Shown in pieces: positions 1-12,099 of a stretch of 64,000 nt of DNA. Within the stretch, counting starts at the first letter, position 1; every line of letters starts with the position of its first letter. The translations under genes were made by a program, and so were the position numbers. Origin of the DNA: Mobula birostris (lineage: Eukaryota). Location of the stretch: positions 14,467,884-14,531,883 of the forward strand of contig NC_092371.1 in NCBI RefSeq assembly GCF_030028105.1. The letters are read 5' to 3'. The notes beneath the pieces are model-generated. The model worked only from the letters and a program-made list of their open reading frames with translations. It made no database searches and was not told where the DNA came from.

Positions 1-1000
1 ATATTAAGCACCGAACCACATCCTTCACATCCATTCACGTTACCTCATTTATCATTCAGTTGTTGAACCCGCTCCTAGCTATCATATTGCTCTTGATGTG
101 TGAATAGAACCACCCGCCCCCCCCCACCCGCGGAATTCTCTTTAATCCGTCTTGCCAATAACTTTTCATGGTCTTCACTGAATTTAATGGTATTTATAAT
201 ATTCTCATCTACGACTATCTTAAAACCTCTGGAGTTTTGATAACTGTTCCCTCAATGTTCTCCCAGTGAAAAGTCAGTCGCTTGCCCAGGCTCATTATCA
301 ACCTCCAGTTCAATGTTGCCCCATCTTCTTGTTGGAACATCTGCACATTGATACAGAAACTATTTTGGATTCACCAAGCAAATGTTGCACACTATAATTC
401 CCTCGCTTTAAAGAGATCCCACTTGATTAGATTAGATTATTAGATTATGAGGACACGCAGTCCTCTTTTATTTTTATTTAGTAATGCACGCATTAAGAAA
501 TGATACCATATTCCTCCGGTGTGATATCACAGAAACACAGGACAGACCAAGACTGAAAAACTAGCAAAAAAACGCATAATTATAAGATATAGTTACAACA
601 GTGCAACAATACCATAACTTGATGAAGAACAGCCAATGACACAGTAAAAAAGTTCAAAGTCTCTCGAAGACCCCACATCTCACGCAGACGGGAGAAGGAT
701 GAAAACTCTCGCTGCCATACCCGACCACAGTCCGTCTCCGAGTCGTCCGAAAACCTCGAGCTCTGATCAACCCTCCGACATGAGTACCGAGCACCATCTC
801 TATCCGAAAGCTTCGAACTCAGCCTCGGTCGCCGGCAGCAGGCAATCCCGGGGATTTTGGGGCCTTCCATCCGGAGATTCTCGATCGCAGAGTAACAACG
901 GCAGCGAAACCAGGCATTTCAGAAATTTCTCCGTATTTGGGAAGTTGAAGTTCCCCACAACAACCCGGTTGTTTTAAGAGCTTTGTGTAGGATTCATTGT
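1..1000 (-). mobile_element. Decayed CR1 LINE fragment (end of the endonuclease region), interrupted by the 423-945 repeat
   Basis: Minus strand gives CR1 APE-like remnants: NNRVVVGNFNFPN (~950-985) and GATL...NEPGQATDFSLGEH (~230-320), with stops and frameshifts. Confidence 0.55.
423..945 (-). mobile_element. Non-coding interspersed repeat (LINE/SINE 3' end) with (TAATC)n tail
   Basis: Minus strand ends ...aataaaagaggactgcgtgtcctcataatctaataatctaatctaatc, an AATAAA plus short tandem tail; it splits the CR1 fragment. Family not identified. Confidence 0.45.
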
Positions 1001-3201
1001 CCGAAAACAAATTACAGGTACGACAATAGGCAGAACCTAACAACAAACAATAGACGTCCATGTGACCCGCAGCTGGCCCCTCCCGGTGGGCGGGAGGACT
1101 TTAACCGAGGAGCACTCAGGTTGCCAGACCCACAGCAGCGAACGTAGCCACTGTTGGCGTAATTCCGCAACAGCGGAGTGCAGAGAACTTGGGAAGTCGT
1201 GGAGTTGCGGATGAAAAGAAAGAATACAACAGGGAATGGAATTAGACAGGAAATTTCAGGAGATTTCAGTTGCAGGGAAACAGGTTAAAGAAAAGAGGAT
1301 TACAGATCTGCGAGGAGATAGAGGTTGGAGTGTGCTGCATTGATAAAGGAGTTTAGGATTTGGACGAATTAGGCAGATAGCGAAAGTTTTAGAAGGTTAC
1401 ACAGATAAGGGTTTCGAGGCTGGAGGGGTCACACAGAGGGGTATACGGTCTGGAGGGGTTATGCAAATAGACTGCCGTGCAGGTGCCTAAACAGTTACAC
1501 AGAGAGCATTGCAGAGACTGAAGGGAGTTACATAGATAGGGAAGGGCATTGGTGCTGGTGGCGTCAGATGGGGAGGGAGCCAAGGACGATGTAAGGCCGA
1601 AAGATACCGTATTTAAGGAACAACCAGACTTCCACGGGCTGCAGGATATTATGGATATGTTAGGTCCAAGGCTGGACAAGATTACACAGAGCAGGGACCG
1701 AAGAATAATATGGAAATCGGAAGGACATAACAGGGGCAGGTTCAGCGACCAAAAGAGAGGCCTGCGTTTTGTTGTTGGCTGAAATCAGGCATATTAAAGG
1801 TGAATGAAACACTTTTTTCCATGATATCACATCCCTTTGATCTGGAATTAACGCGTGATTTAGTTGCCCCATACACGCAACCTGGCGAAAAATGGTGCAG
1901 GGTGGGGATTGATGCGGTAACCAATCTCATGCCATTCCCTTACAGATCTACGCTCAGCTGGCGATTGATGCTAACTGATCTAGAAAGGCAGATTGAATAT
2001 TATGCTCCATGAACAACGACAGATTTAGACCTTGTTTCGTATGTGCGGAGCAAGAAAGTAACGGAGTAGTAAAGAGTCGTGTGAGTAATGGCACAAGCTG
2101 AGCAACTTGCAGAGCGAGAGCGACAAACCGGACTCGCCGAGACGAAAACCCGCAAACTCGAAAGAAAGCCGGCACCCAGGTGGCCCAATTGATTAACGGC
2201 GCCATCGATCGGCCGCATGAGCACTTGTCATATTCCAAGATCTCTCCATCCAAATCCTAACTCTGAGCTCCCTCAGTTTCAGACCAATAAGTAATAATGA
2301 ACAACGGTTAATATGTAGTCCCATCCCTGATTATGTACAGCTTGCTGCAATTAAAACTAACCCTTGTCATAACTACTGCTTCAATGAATTATAATTTGGC
2401 ACGAAATGTTAATTTTTTTCTTGGTCATCTAACGTCCAAATTGTAGTAAGCCGGTTGTATGCAATTGTCCAAAAGTTGATTGCATAATCACCGCTGGATC
2501 CATGGATCCTGAATTCTCTCTCCAGATTATGAAACGTTCCCAGTGATGGTACAGAAAGACATTCTCACTGACAGGAGGTCAAGAAGATTATCAAGTTAAA
2601 TACGTGGCTCAGGGATTGAGAAGTAGGTTTGAATTCATGAGCAATCGGCACCAGTATTGGGGACGGAGAGAGCTGTACCAATGGGACAGACACCACCTGT
2701 TCCGTGATAGGATCTGGATCCGAGTGAATCGCATAACTAGGGCTATATATACGCCTTTTACCTAAATAACAGGGGGTGGGTTCAACAGATTGGAGAAGTA
2801 AATGAGAAAAGTGCGGAAAATATTGAAACAAAGCAAATAAAAGGGAAAGTTTTGGAGTGAAGGGAACAGAAATGCAAAAGTGTAAATGATTAGAAGATTT
2901 TAAAAGCACAATGAGTATAACTGCACATGACTTGGATGTCCACAGTATTCGAAACAAGATCAGTAAGCTTGTGGCCCAAATCAGTAGAAAGGGGTACTAT
3001 TCAGTGGCCTACATAGAAATGTGGATGCAGGGTGGAGAGGATTAGGAATCAAATATCCAAGGATATCAGGCAAGACGGAAGGGCAGGCAGGAAGGTAAGT
3101 GCTCTTAATTAAAGATTAGATCATGGCGATAGTGAGAGAGGATATACGATCTAAGTAGTAGAATGCTGAAATCATCTGGGTAGAGTTTTAGAATAGTAAA
3201 G

Positions 3202-4026
3202 TGTCACGTACTCCGTGACTGGTTAAAGAACCAGCATGGATAGAAAACACTTTGGAGTCCGATATTGCTATTAACTAATAGTATTTATTACTAACTACAC
3301 TATACAGTAATATAAATGCAGATAAATCAAGCAGGTTAGCAATGATTGTATATAAGTAATTGCGGAAATATATGAAAACCAAGCTTCTTCAAGTCCGAGG
3401 GTAAATAGATACAGTCTTACGATGATCAGTAAACCTCAGTTCAGTTCGTGGTATTGAGTTGAGTAGTGATCGAGAGAGAGAGAGATTTGAATCTTCAGGT
3501 GAGCTGACGCCGTCGATCTCCCGTTGTCCTCTCAAATCCTTTAAAAGTCACCGACTGTGACCACAAGAAAGGGGACGTTTCTTCTTTGGTGGAGCTATAA
3601 ACCCAGGCGATGGTTTACACACACAAACCACTCCCCACCGGTCACTTCCTTTGCACACTGCAAGAGCCACTGATCGATCCGCCTGATCGGTCCTCCAAAA
3701 ATCCACTTTTTCTGTGGGCACAACAAAGCTCATCCCGTGTCCAAAACCATATGTCTCAGGTCTATCATCTGACCTTCTATTTGTCTCCCCGTACTGAGTA
3801 CCAACTGTCATTCAAACAGCTCCTCCCTTCCCTGTCTGTGTAAGAATGTATAAGCAGGTGATGTCCTTGGAGGAAGTATAAACAACCTGTGAGCGGTCTC
3901 GTCTTTCCCTCTTTCTTTTAAACAAGGTGGTTGTGTAAAATAAACCTCTTGCTCTTTCTCTTCAAAAGCCGACTTCATAGAGGTAATCGAGCACAGTTTA
4001 TAGGGGTAATTGAGGACCCCGTCACA
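3202..4026. mobile_element. Solo LTR (Gypsy type), 825 bp
   Basis: Termini TGTCACG...CGTCACA; identical 4-bp TSD AAAG (3198-3201 and 4027-4030); CR1 reading resumes after it. Confidence 0.85.
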
Positions 4027-4699
4027 AAAGGGGGAAGATCACTGGAGGATACTGTCTATTGGCCACCGCAAAATAACATTACAGTTGCACGGACAATAAA
4101 CAGTGAAATATTTGAGGCATGTAAGAATGGATCTGAAGCACCTGGAAAGACGCTGCATGCTTCAGCAAAGGCAGGTCTTGTTTGTTAAACTTACTGGAGT
4201 TTCTAAGGTTATACAAGCGCAATGGATAATGGGGAACACCTGGACGCTATTTATTTGAATTTCCAGAAGGCATTCAATAACCGACAACATAAAAAAACTT
4301 ATCCATAAGATAAAGATGCATAGAGTTGGGAGTAATGTATTAGCAAGGATAGAGGATCTGTTAACCAATAGAAAGCAGAGATTTGGGATACATGAGTGTT
4401 TCTTTGATTGGCAATTAGTGGTGAGTGGTGTGCTGCAGGGGTCGGTGCTGAGCCCGTAACTGTTCACGGTATTCATTAAAGATCTGGAAGAGGGGACTAG
4501 GAGTAGTGTTTCTAAGTTTGCTGATGACACCAAAAACAAGTTATGCAGAGCAAAGGGAAAGTCTGCAGAGAAATATAGATAGGTTAAGTGAGTGGGCAAG
4601 GGTGTGACAGTTGGAGTACAATATTGGTAAATGCAAGGTTATATACTTTGGAAGGAAAAAATATAGATCAAATTATTATTTGAACGGTTAAAAGATTGC

Positions 4700-5548
4700 T
4701 GTCATGGTCCAGTCCGTAAAATCCGCATTCTTGTGCATGGTCTGGTCCATCGATCCGTATTCCAGGTTTTCCGGATTCCCCTCGTCCTGTTGTGTGCCTT
4801 GATTGAGGCACATGATTCTCATTTTGAGCTGACTACATAATCCGCACCTCGGTTCAACTTCAGTTGCTGGACTGTTCCCATCCCTTCCCCTTCCTTCTGA
4901 AACCTCCGCCTGAAGCCTCGCATGCTACCTTCGCCTGAAGCCTCGCCCCAGCCCCACGTTCTGTTCCCAAGGAGGTGCCCCGACTCTGTGTTCCAAGTTC
5001 CTGTTCCCCCTCGACCAAGGCTCTGCGTTCCTGTTCTCACTCGACCAAGGCTCTGCGTTCCTGTTCTCCCTCGACCAAGACTCTGTGTTCTGCGTTCCTG
5101 TCTCCCAAGACCAAGGTTCTGTGTTCTACGTCCATCTCTCACAAGACCAACGCTCTGTGTTCTGTGTTCGTGTCTCCCAAGCCCAAGGCTCTGTCTTCTG
5201 CGTTCCTGTCTTCCAAGACTATGTCTGAGCTTCGGGTCCTCATGCAGTTCCGGTCCTGCTTCCTGCCGCCACGACCAGTCCTGTTGCCTTGCCACGTCTT
5301 GTCCTCGCCTGGATCCGGAGACCGAGCCCGATTCAAGACCCAGGTTCCAAGTTCCTAGTTCTGCGTCCAGGTCTTTCTTTCCAAGTCTAGTCCTAGCCCA
5401 CGCCCTGTATCGTAGCTTCGTCCAGGGACTGTGTTTTGTCCAGCGTCGTTTCTTCCCCACTTCCTTTGCTTGCTTGGCACAGCTGATCTTAGTACTTCGG
5501 TATCTGTGTCTTGCATTTGAGTCCGCTCCCAGCGCCCCCTTTATAAAA
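4700..5548 (+). mobile_element. Solo LTR of the TGTCATGGTCC family, 849 bp
   Basis: Starts TGTCATGGTCC, ends cagcgccccctttataaaa; 5-bp TSD ATTGC (4695-4699 and 5549-5553); internal ~30-bp tandem repeats at 5010-5230; homologous to copies at 5922, 7346, 24122 and 45022. Confidence 0.85.
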
Positions 5549-5921
5549 ATTGCAGCGTGGTGCTGTGCAGAAGGACTTGGGAGTGTTTGTGCATGAATCG
5601 CAAAAGGCTGCTTTGCAGGTGGATCAAATTACCAAGAAGGCAAATGGGCTGTAGGTCATTGCTAAAGCTACTGGATTTAAGAACAGGGAGGCTATGCTGC
5701 AACTGTATAGGGTACTGGTGAGGCCGCATTTGGAGTACTGCGTGTAGTTCTGGTCTCCTTACTTGAGGAAGGATATATAGGTTCTGGAGGCCGTGCAGAA
5801 GAGGTTCACCAGGTTGATTCCAGAAATGAGGGGGTTAGACTATGAGAACAGATTGAATAGCGTAGGAATGTACACACTGGAATTCAGAATTATGAGAGGA
5901 AATCTCATAGAAATATATAAA

Positions 5922-8614
5922 TGTTATGGGGTGGTGGTGGGGGGCGGGTGGGGGACGCTGGGAGCGGACCCAAATGCAAGACACAGACACTGAAGTACCA
6001 GGAACAGGTCAAGGTTTATCAAGAAAGCAAGGGGAGTCAGGGAGAACCGACTCGGGAAAGATACACAAGCCCCGGACGAGACAAGGGCACCGGGCCTGGG
6101 CCAGGTCTCCGAGCCAAAGACTGGATAGCGACTCAGAACCTGCGTCTTGAGTCGGGCTCGGACCCCGGATCGAGGCGAGGACAATATGTGGCTACAGGAC
6201 TGAACAAGAAACTCCTGGACTGGGCGAGCGACTCCTGGACTAGACGAGAGACGCTTGGACTGGACGACGGAACTCCAGAACAGTCCGAGGAATCTTCAGT
6301 GCAGGACGAGGTATTCCTGGGCGGCGAGGTACTCCTGCGCTAGGCGAGGTACTCCTGGGCAGGGCGAGGTACTACTGGGCTGGGCGAGGTACTCCTGGGC
6401 AGGGCGTGGTGCTCCTGGGCTGGGTGAGGTACACCTGGGGTGGGCGATGTATTTCTGGACTGGGCGAGGTACTGCTGGGCAGGGCGAGGTACTCCTGGGC
6501 TGGGTGATTTACCCCTGAGCTGGGCGAGGTACTCCTGGGCTGGGCTAGGTACTGCTGGGCTGGGTTATTTACCCCTGGGCTGGGCTAGGTACTGCTGGGC
6601 TGGGTTATTTACCCCTGGGCTGGGCTAGGTACTGCTGGGCTGGGCGACGTACTCCAGCACAGGACGTGGCTCTTGGACTAGGTTTGGCTCGGTTCTTCGA
6701 ATCGGCTTGATTAGGCTCTTGGGTACGTAGCCGGGACCCTCCTAGGTTGCAGGGCCGGAATGCTATCTAGGAAGCAACGCCGGGACACTTTCTTGGACGC
6801 AGGACCGGGATGCTTTTAGGTCGCAGGGTCGGGATGCTTTCTAGGTCGCAGGGCCGGGATGCTTTCTAGGTCGCAGGGTCGGGACACTTTCTTGGACGCA
6901 GGGCCGGGTTGACTGCCGAGAATCCTTGCTGAGGTGACTGCGGAGGAAACCGCCGAGGAAACTGTCAGGGATTCGGATGGGGAGGGGAAGTGATCAATCC
7001 AGCATGGAATCCTTGGTTTGAGAGGTATTTATCTGCAAGCTGCGAAACTCGATTAAGGATCCCAACGGAACCGGGGGAAAACAGGGAAAACCCGGAATAC
7101 GGATCGATGGACCGGACCGTGAACCTGAATGCGGACTTCACGGACCGGACTATGACAGAAACCATTCCCCCCGCTCCACCCCACCCCCCAGCCCATGGGA
7201 GCCTCTTGGTGAGCCAAGAGGCTTTCCCAGACTATGGACGACTCGGACGAGTGGGGTGGGGGGCATTCAACAGGAGGAAACCCAGGATGGCGAGAGTTAA
7301 ACGACAGTGTGTGTGTCGCTGGGTCCATATTTGAATGGACTATTCTGTCATAAGGGTGGTGGTGGGGGGGAGGCGCTGGGAACAGACCCAAATGCAAGAC
7401 ACAGACACTGTAGTACAAGGAACGGAACAAGGATTATCAAGAAAGCAATGGGGGTAAGGAGTCAGGAAGAAACGGCGCTGGACCCGGACACAGGCCCTGG
7501 ACGAGACAAGGGCGCCAGGCCTGGATAGGACTGAGGCGATAAAAGCGGAAGCGGGACAAGTAACTTGGAGCTAAGAGCCTGGGCTAGGACTTCAAGCCAC
7601 AGTCTGTACAGGGACCCGGAAACTGGGTCTTGACTCGGGCTCGGACTCCGGATCTAGACGAAGACAAGACGTGGCTAGAGTACAGGACTGGAAGAGGCTA
7701 CAAGACTGGACGTGGAACTCCTGCACAGGATGAGGCATACGGTTAGGACGAGAACACAAAGCCTTGACTTGGACAGGACGAGATTCTTGGACTAGACGAG
7801 CTTCTAGGACTTGGCTTGGACTAGACCAGGTAATTGGACGTGTCTTGGACTAGGCGAGGGACTCCTGGACTGGATGAGGGATTCTTGGACTGGACGAGAG
7901 ACTCCTGAACTGGATGAGGGAACTCCAGCAGCGGATGAGGGAACTCCAACCCAGGACGGGGGAACTCCAGCACAGGACGAGGAATCTCCAGCACAGGACA
8001 AGGAATTTCCAGAAAAGGAGGAGGAATCTCCGGCACCAGGCAGGGAGAGGTACTTCTGGGCTGGGCGAGGTAACCTTGGGCAGGGCGAGGTACTCCTGGG
8101 CAGGGCGAGGAACTCCTGAGCAAGGCGAGGAACTCCAGCACAGGACGTGGATCTTGGAATCAGCTTGATTCGGCTCTTCTGTATGGAGCCGGGACCACCT
8201 TGGAGCGCAGGGCCGGGAGCCTCCTAGGACGCAGGGCCGGGACCCTCCTAGGATGCAGGGCGGGGATGCCCTCTAGGACGCACGCAGGACCGGGCCCTCT
8301 CTTGGACGCAGGGCCGGGATGACTGCCGAGGATACTTGCCGAGGTGACGGTCGAGGTGAATGCCAAGGCAATTACCGAGAAACCACCGAGGGAACCGTCG
8401 ATGAAACTGTCAGTGATTCAGATGGAGAGGGGAAGAGAACAGTTCAGCAGGGAATCCTAGGTTTGAGAGATATTTATGTGCAAACCCCAAAACTAGAATC
8501 AAGTGCATCGATTAAGGAGCCCAACGGAACCGGGGAAAACACAGAAATCCGGAGTACGGATTGATGGACTTGACAGGGAACTGGAATGCGGACTTCCCGG
8601 ACCGGACCCTGGAA
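5922..8614 (-). mobile_element. Miniature two-LTR retroelement (LTRs 5922-7157 and 7346-8614, 188-bp interior)
   Basis: Two same-orientation LTRs; near-TSD ATAAA/ACAAA with the CR1 host collinear across it; interior on minus strand starts GAATAGTCC then ATG GAC CCA GCG (MDPA, a Gypsy gag-like start) and ends in a G-rich PPT-like tract. Confidence 0.8.
6305..6650. repeat. 20-bp minisatellite inside LTR (ctgggcgaggtactcctggg and variants)
   Basis: About 17 tandem units visible directly; explains the repetitive RYSWAG/GEVLLG ORFs. Confidence 0.8.
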
Positions 8615-8994
8615 ACAAAATTATGAATTGGATAGATAAGATAGAGGCAGGAAAGTTGTTTACTCTATTAAGTTGGACTAGAACCAGAGGACATTGCCTC
8701 AAGATTCGGGGGAGAAAATCCAGGACAGATATGAACAGGAACTGCTTTTCTCAGAGTGGTGAATCTGTGGAATTCACTGTCTAATGAAGCAGTGAAGGCT
8801 ACCTCAGTAAATATATTTAAGACAAGGTTGGATAGATTTTTGCATAGGAGGGGAATTGAGGGTTATAGTGAAAAAGGCAGGTCGGTGGAGATGAGTCCAT
8901 GGTCAGATCTATCATGATCGTATTGAATGGCGCAGTAAGATCGACAGGCCAGATGGTCTACTCCTGCTCCTAATCCTTTTTTTTTAATGTTCTT

Positions 8995-9180
8995 TAATAT
9001 GACACCTAAATTCCTGAAGGCTCTATGCAGAAGATCGTCACACGTCCTATCCATGTCATTGGTACCAGTATGGATCACGACCCCTGGCTGTTCACCACCC
9101 AACTCAGGAACACCCAGGTCTCGATCCGAGATATCTCGGGCCCTAGCAGTCGGAGGCAACATACCATCCAGCATTCACAC
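8995..9180 (-). mobile_element. CR1 ORF1 (SGNH esterase) fragment
   Basis: ORF 8863-9174 contains ARARDISDR...GEQPGVVIHTGTNDMDR, matching the GARVRDI...VVVHIGTNDI motif seen in the ORF1 at 62.2-62.8 kb. Confidence 0.7.
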
Positions 9181-10389
9181 TAGCCTCTCGTTTACACTTA
9201 TAGATATGCAAGTTATGGTGCCCTCTTTTACATTATTGGCGAGCTAACCTCATATCCTTAATATTCCAGATTGACGAACATTGAGCCAAAGACAATAAGT
9301 AGGCGTCGCACACGATTCAAGCTAAGAACCTTTCGGCGGAAGTGAGTGAGTTACCTCTCACTTTCGCACAAAATGCTTTTATTGTGCGATTTCAGTGGGG
9401 AGGGCAGACGGTGGCGTTGACAAGTGCTCTGTAGTTGTACTGGTCCATGTCTGTCTCAAGAGGGAGGTGAAGAGCTAGATGCGATTTCCGGTTGCGATAT
9501 TGGGAGCTAGAGGCACCGGATGTCAGCAGCGAACAAAGAACTTTCCAATTATAAATGTGAAGAGGTAGTTAACAGACTGTACTGAATACAGATTATGGAA
9601 TCTGAATAGCATGCAACAAAATTCTTGCAGAACTAACTCGGCTTGCTTTTTTTTCCCTGCAGGACAATTGGACCAGAAACTTTTTCATACTGTGCAAGAG
9701 CGAGGACTTTGCAGTAAGCCTTCTGCAACAATCATTTAGATTGCGGCTGGTTTTGGAGGCGGACATGATATGGGAAGACACGTAGGGCTGAAAGAAATTA
9801 CAGATAAAGGGAGGGCCGAGATGGAGACGATTTACGTGATAGGAGTCTCTAGAAACGGTGTCAGGAGCGAGGCTGGTCAGATTTCAGGGACGGACCATAT
9901 TGAAACTAAACGATTTTGTAACAAGTAATTCAAGGGGAAATTTTAGAGCAATGCGCTGAAATATTAAACCGAGAGGTTCTACTGTCGGACAAGAACGAGA
10001 ACCGGAGAAAGGCGAACAAATTTTGAATAACGGCGCTCGCTTCAGTGTTTGCATTACTTCCTTCTCCTTGCTAATATCATTAAGAAGACAATGGGGGGGG
10101 GGGGTAAGCCAGCACTCGTCTGGCGGAGAGGGCGAGTGGAAGTATTCATTCGGTGGCGTTAGAGTCCATGATATAATTAGTTGAAGTAGACGCATCCATC
10201 TGAAACCATAACTTACCTCAGATGGCGTGTGATTTGCCGATGCTTCCAACATTTTCTGTTTTATTTTTGATTTTCCAAAAATTGCATTTTAAATATTTTT
10301 TTAATCTATAGTTCCATTGTTGCATTGAGGTTACGGATTGAGCATGCGATGCAGGGATTATTTCGCAATTGAGACCAATTGAGACAAAC

Positions 10390-11245
10390 CAGGTAGAACT
10401 ATCAATTCAACTTGGCGAACCAACCCTGGAAAACGTGGACCACTTTCCGTATCTTGGAAATCACCTCTCCTGCAATGTCGACCTTAATGACGTTAACCAA
10501 CATCGTATTAAATGCGCTGGAACAGCTTTTCGACGTCTCTGAACAAGACTCTTTCATGATCGTGACATCCAAACCGACAGCAAAATTTTAGTGTACAAAG
10601 CAATGGTAATCCCAACGCTCCTGTATGCATAAGAAGCCTGAACAACATACCGACGACATCTAAAGGCACTTGGAATGTTCCATCAACGCTGTTAAAGAAA
10701 CATCTTAAATATCAGCTGGGAAGATTGAAGAACCAACGTCAGTGTGCTAAGTGAAGCAAAAACAACAAACATTGAAGCCTTCGTCATCGAGAACAAACTA
10801 AGATGGAGCAGTCATGTTGTTCGGAAGAAAGACGGACGTCTGCCGAAACAAATCTTCTACTCCCAGCTTAAAGAAGGCAAACATAAAAGAGACGGACAAC
10901 AGAAGAGATTCAAAGACATCTTAAAAGCCAACATGAAGAAATGTAACAACGACATCAACAATTGGGAAACCAATGCCAAGGATAGAAAACTCTGGCAAGC
11001 CATCATTCGAGAAGGAACAGCAACTTTCGAAGCCAACAGATGTGCAGAATTAGAAGAAAAAAGAAGAAAATGGAAAGAGAGGCAGCAACAACCAAAGCCC
11101 GATCTGCCATCTGGAACTACCTGTCCGGAACGCCCACGAACTCTCAAATACAAGATTGGATTCTTAAGCCACGTGACAGCCCGTAAGTCGATCAACAGAA
11201 CGAAGACCGTCATCCTCGACCTCGAGGGATAGTCACGACGTCGAC
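10390..11245 (+). mobile_element. RTE-clade (BovB-like) LINE, 5'-truncated 3' portion
   Basis: LENVDHFPYLGNHLS...KILVYKAMVIPTLLYA...KLRWSSHVVR..DGRLPKQIFYSQLKEGKHKRDGQQKRFKDILKANMKKC, the typical RTE RT C-terminus; ends gagggatagtcacgacgtcgacg; several in-frame stops. Confidence 0.85.
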
Positions 11246-12099
11246 GATGTTGCATATTACAAATCAGACGTTGTCCTCAATCGGGCCCCACACCTCTGAT
11301 CTAAAGCACTTTTCTGAGGAAGAATAATTGAGAGATTCGACAGTAGTAAAGTCATAAGAAACCTGTTTCCTAATCGCATGTATCTCTAGGATGGTGTGGA
11401 GGAATTAATGAATAGGTATAGTTCAATGCACGGCCCAATATGCTAGTTTCAAACTTAATCGAAGGATTCTTTACTTTATCTACAGTTAAAAGCTAGAGCG
11501 TCGCGCAGACGCTACAGACACGTCACAAATGCTTTCTGATGATGAAAGGTTGTTAATAAAACATATTGGAAGACAAGTTTCAGCGTTTGACCATTTTACG
11601 AAATTTGATCTTCCAATGACCGTTTGATTTTATATCTTGTCACACCATACAACAGCATAACTGGATTATCGGAGAAATAATTGACTCCTTGGTTGTGGAT
11701 AACATTAGACCTCCATTTTGAATCTCGTCTCTATAGACTCCATTGGCATTGTTTCAGACAGAACAAAAAAAAAAGGACAATTTAAATTGATTTATAAACT
11801 GTCAATTTAAACGATGAAATTTTGTTTGTCATCGAGAGGCAAAGGAAACAAATTCTCTTGGAAGCGACATAGATGTATAAGGTTGTGAATGAAGAACTAT
11901 CAGCGCGTGAGATTGCCGCAGATATACTATTGGTGAAATTGAGAAGAAAGGAAGTGTTAAATTCCTGAGACTACGTAATTAAAGGTTTCAAAGGAGTCAG
12001 ATATACATTTAATGTCAGAGAAATGTATACAATATACATCGTAAAATTATTTTTCTTCTAGGGTAGTTATGGATGTCGTAGACGTACTGATGTTGTCAC

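Larger units (their letters stand above)
2500..8990 (+). mobile_element. Old CR1 LINE (ORF1 esterase remnant, APE, RT, 3' end) split by three LTR insertions
   Basis: NTWLRD...WGRRELY ORF1 remnant (~2600-2700); SIRNKISKL APE start (~2945); KFADDTK (~4510); LEYCV.FWSPYLRKD (~5730); 3' end ctactcctgctcc (~8960). Sequence is collinear across the insertions at 3202-4026, 4700-5548 and 5922-8614. Confidence 0.8.

Noticed and set aside
1946-1978. Acceptor followed by IYAQLAIDAN* as the ITIM exon of a plus-strand paralogue
   Set aside because: Only 11 codons, the -2 ITIM residue would lie in an unseen exon, and no upstream TM or Ig exon is evident; compatible with chance.
4819-8168. Repetitive ORFs (RPRLCV, RYSWAG, GEVLLG, ELQHRT) as proteins
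   Set aside because: They are translations of minisatellites inside LTRs.
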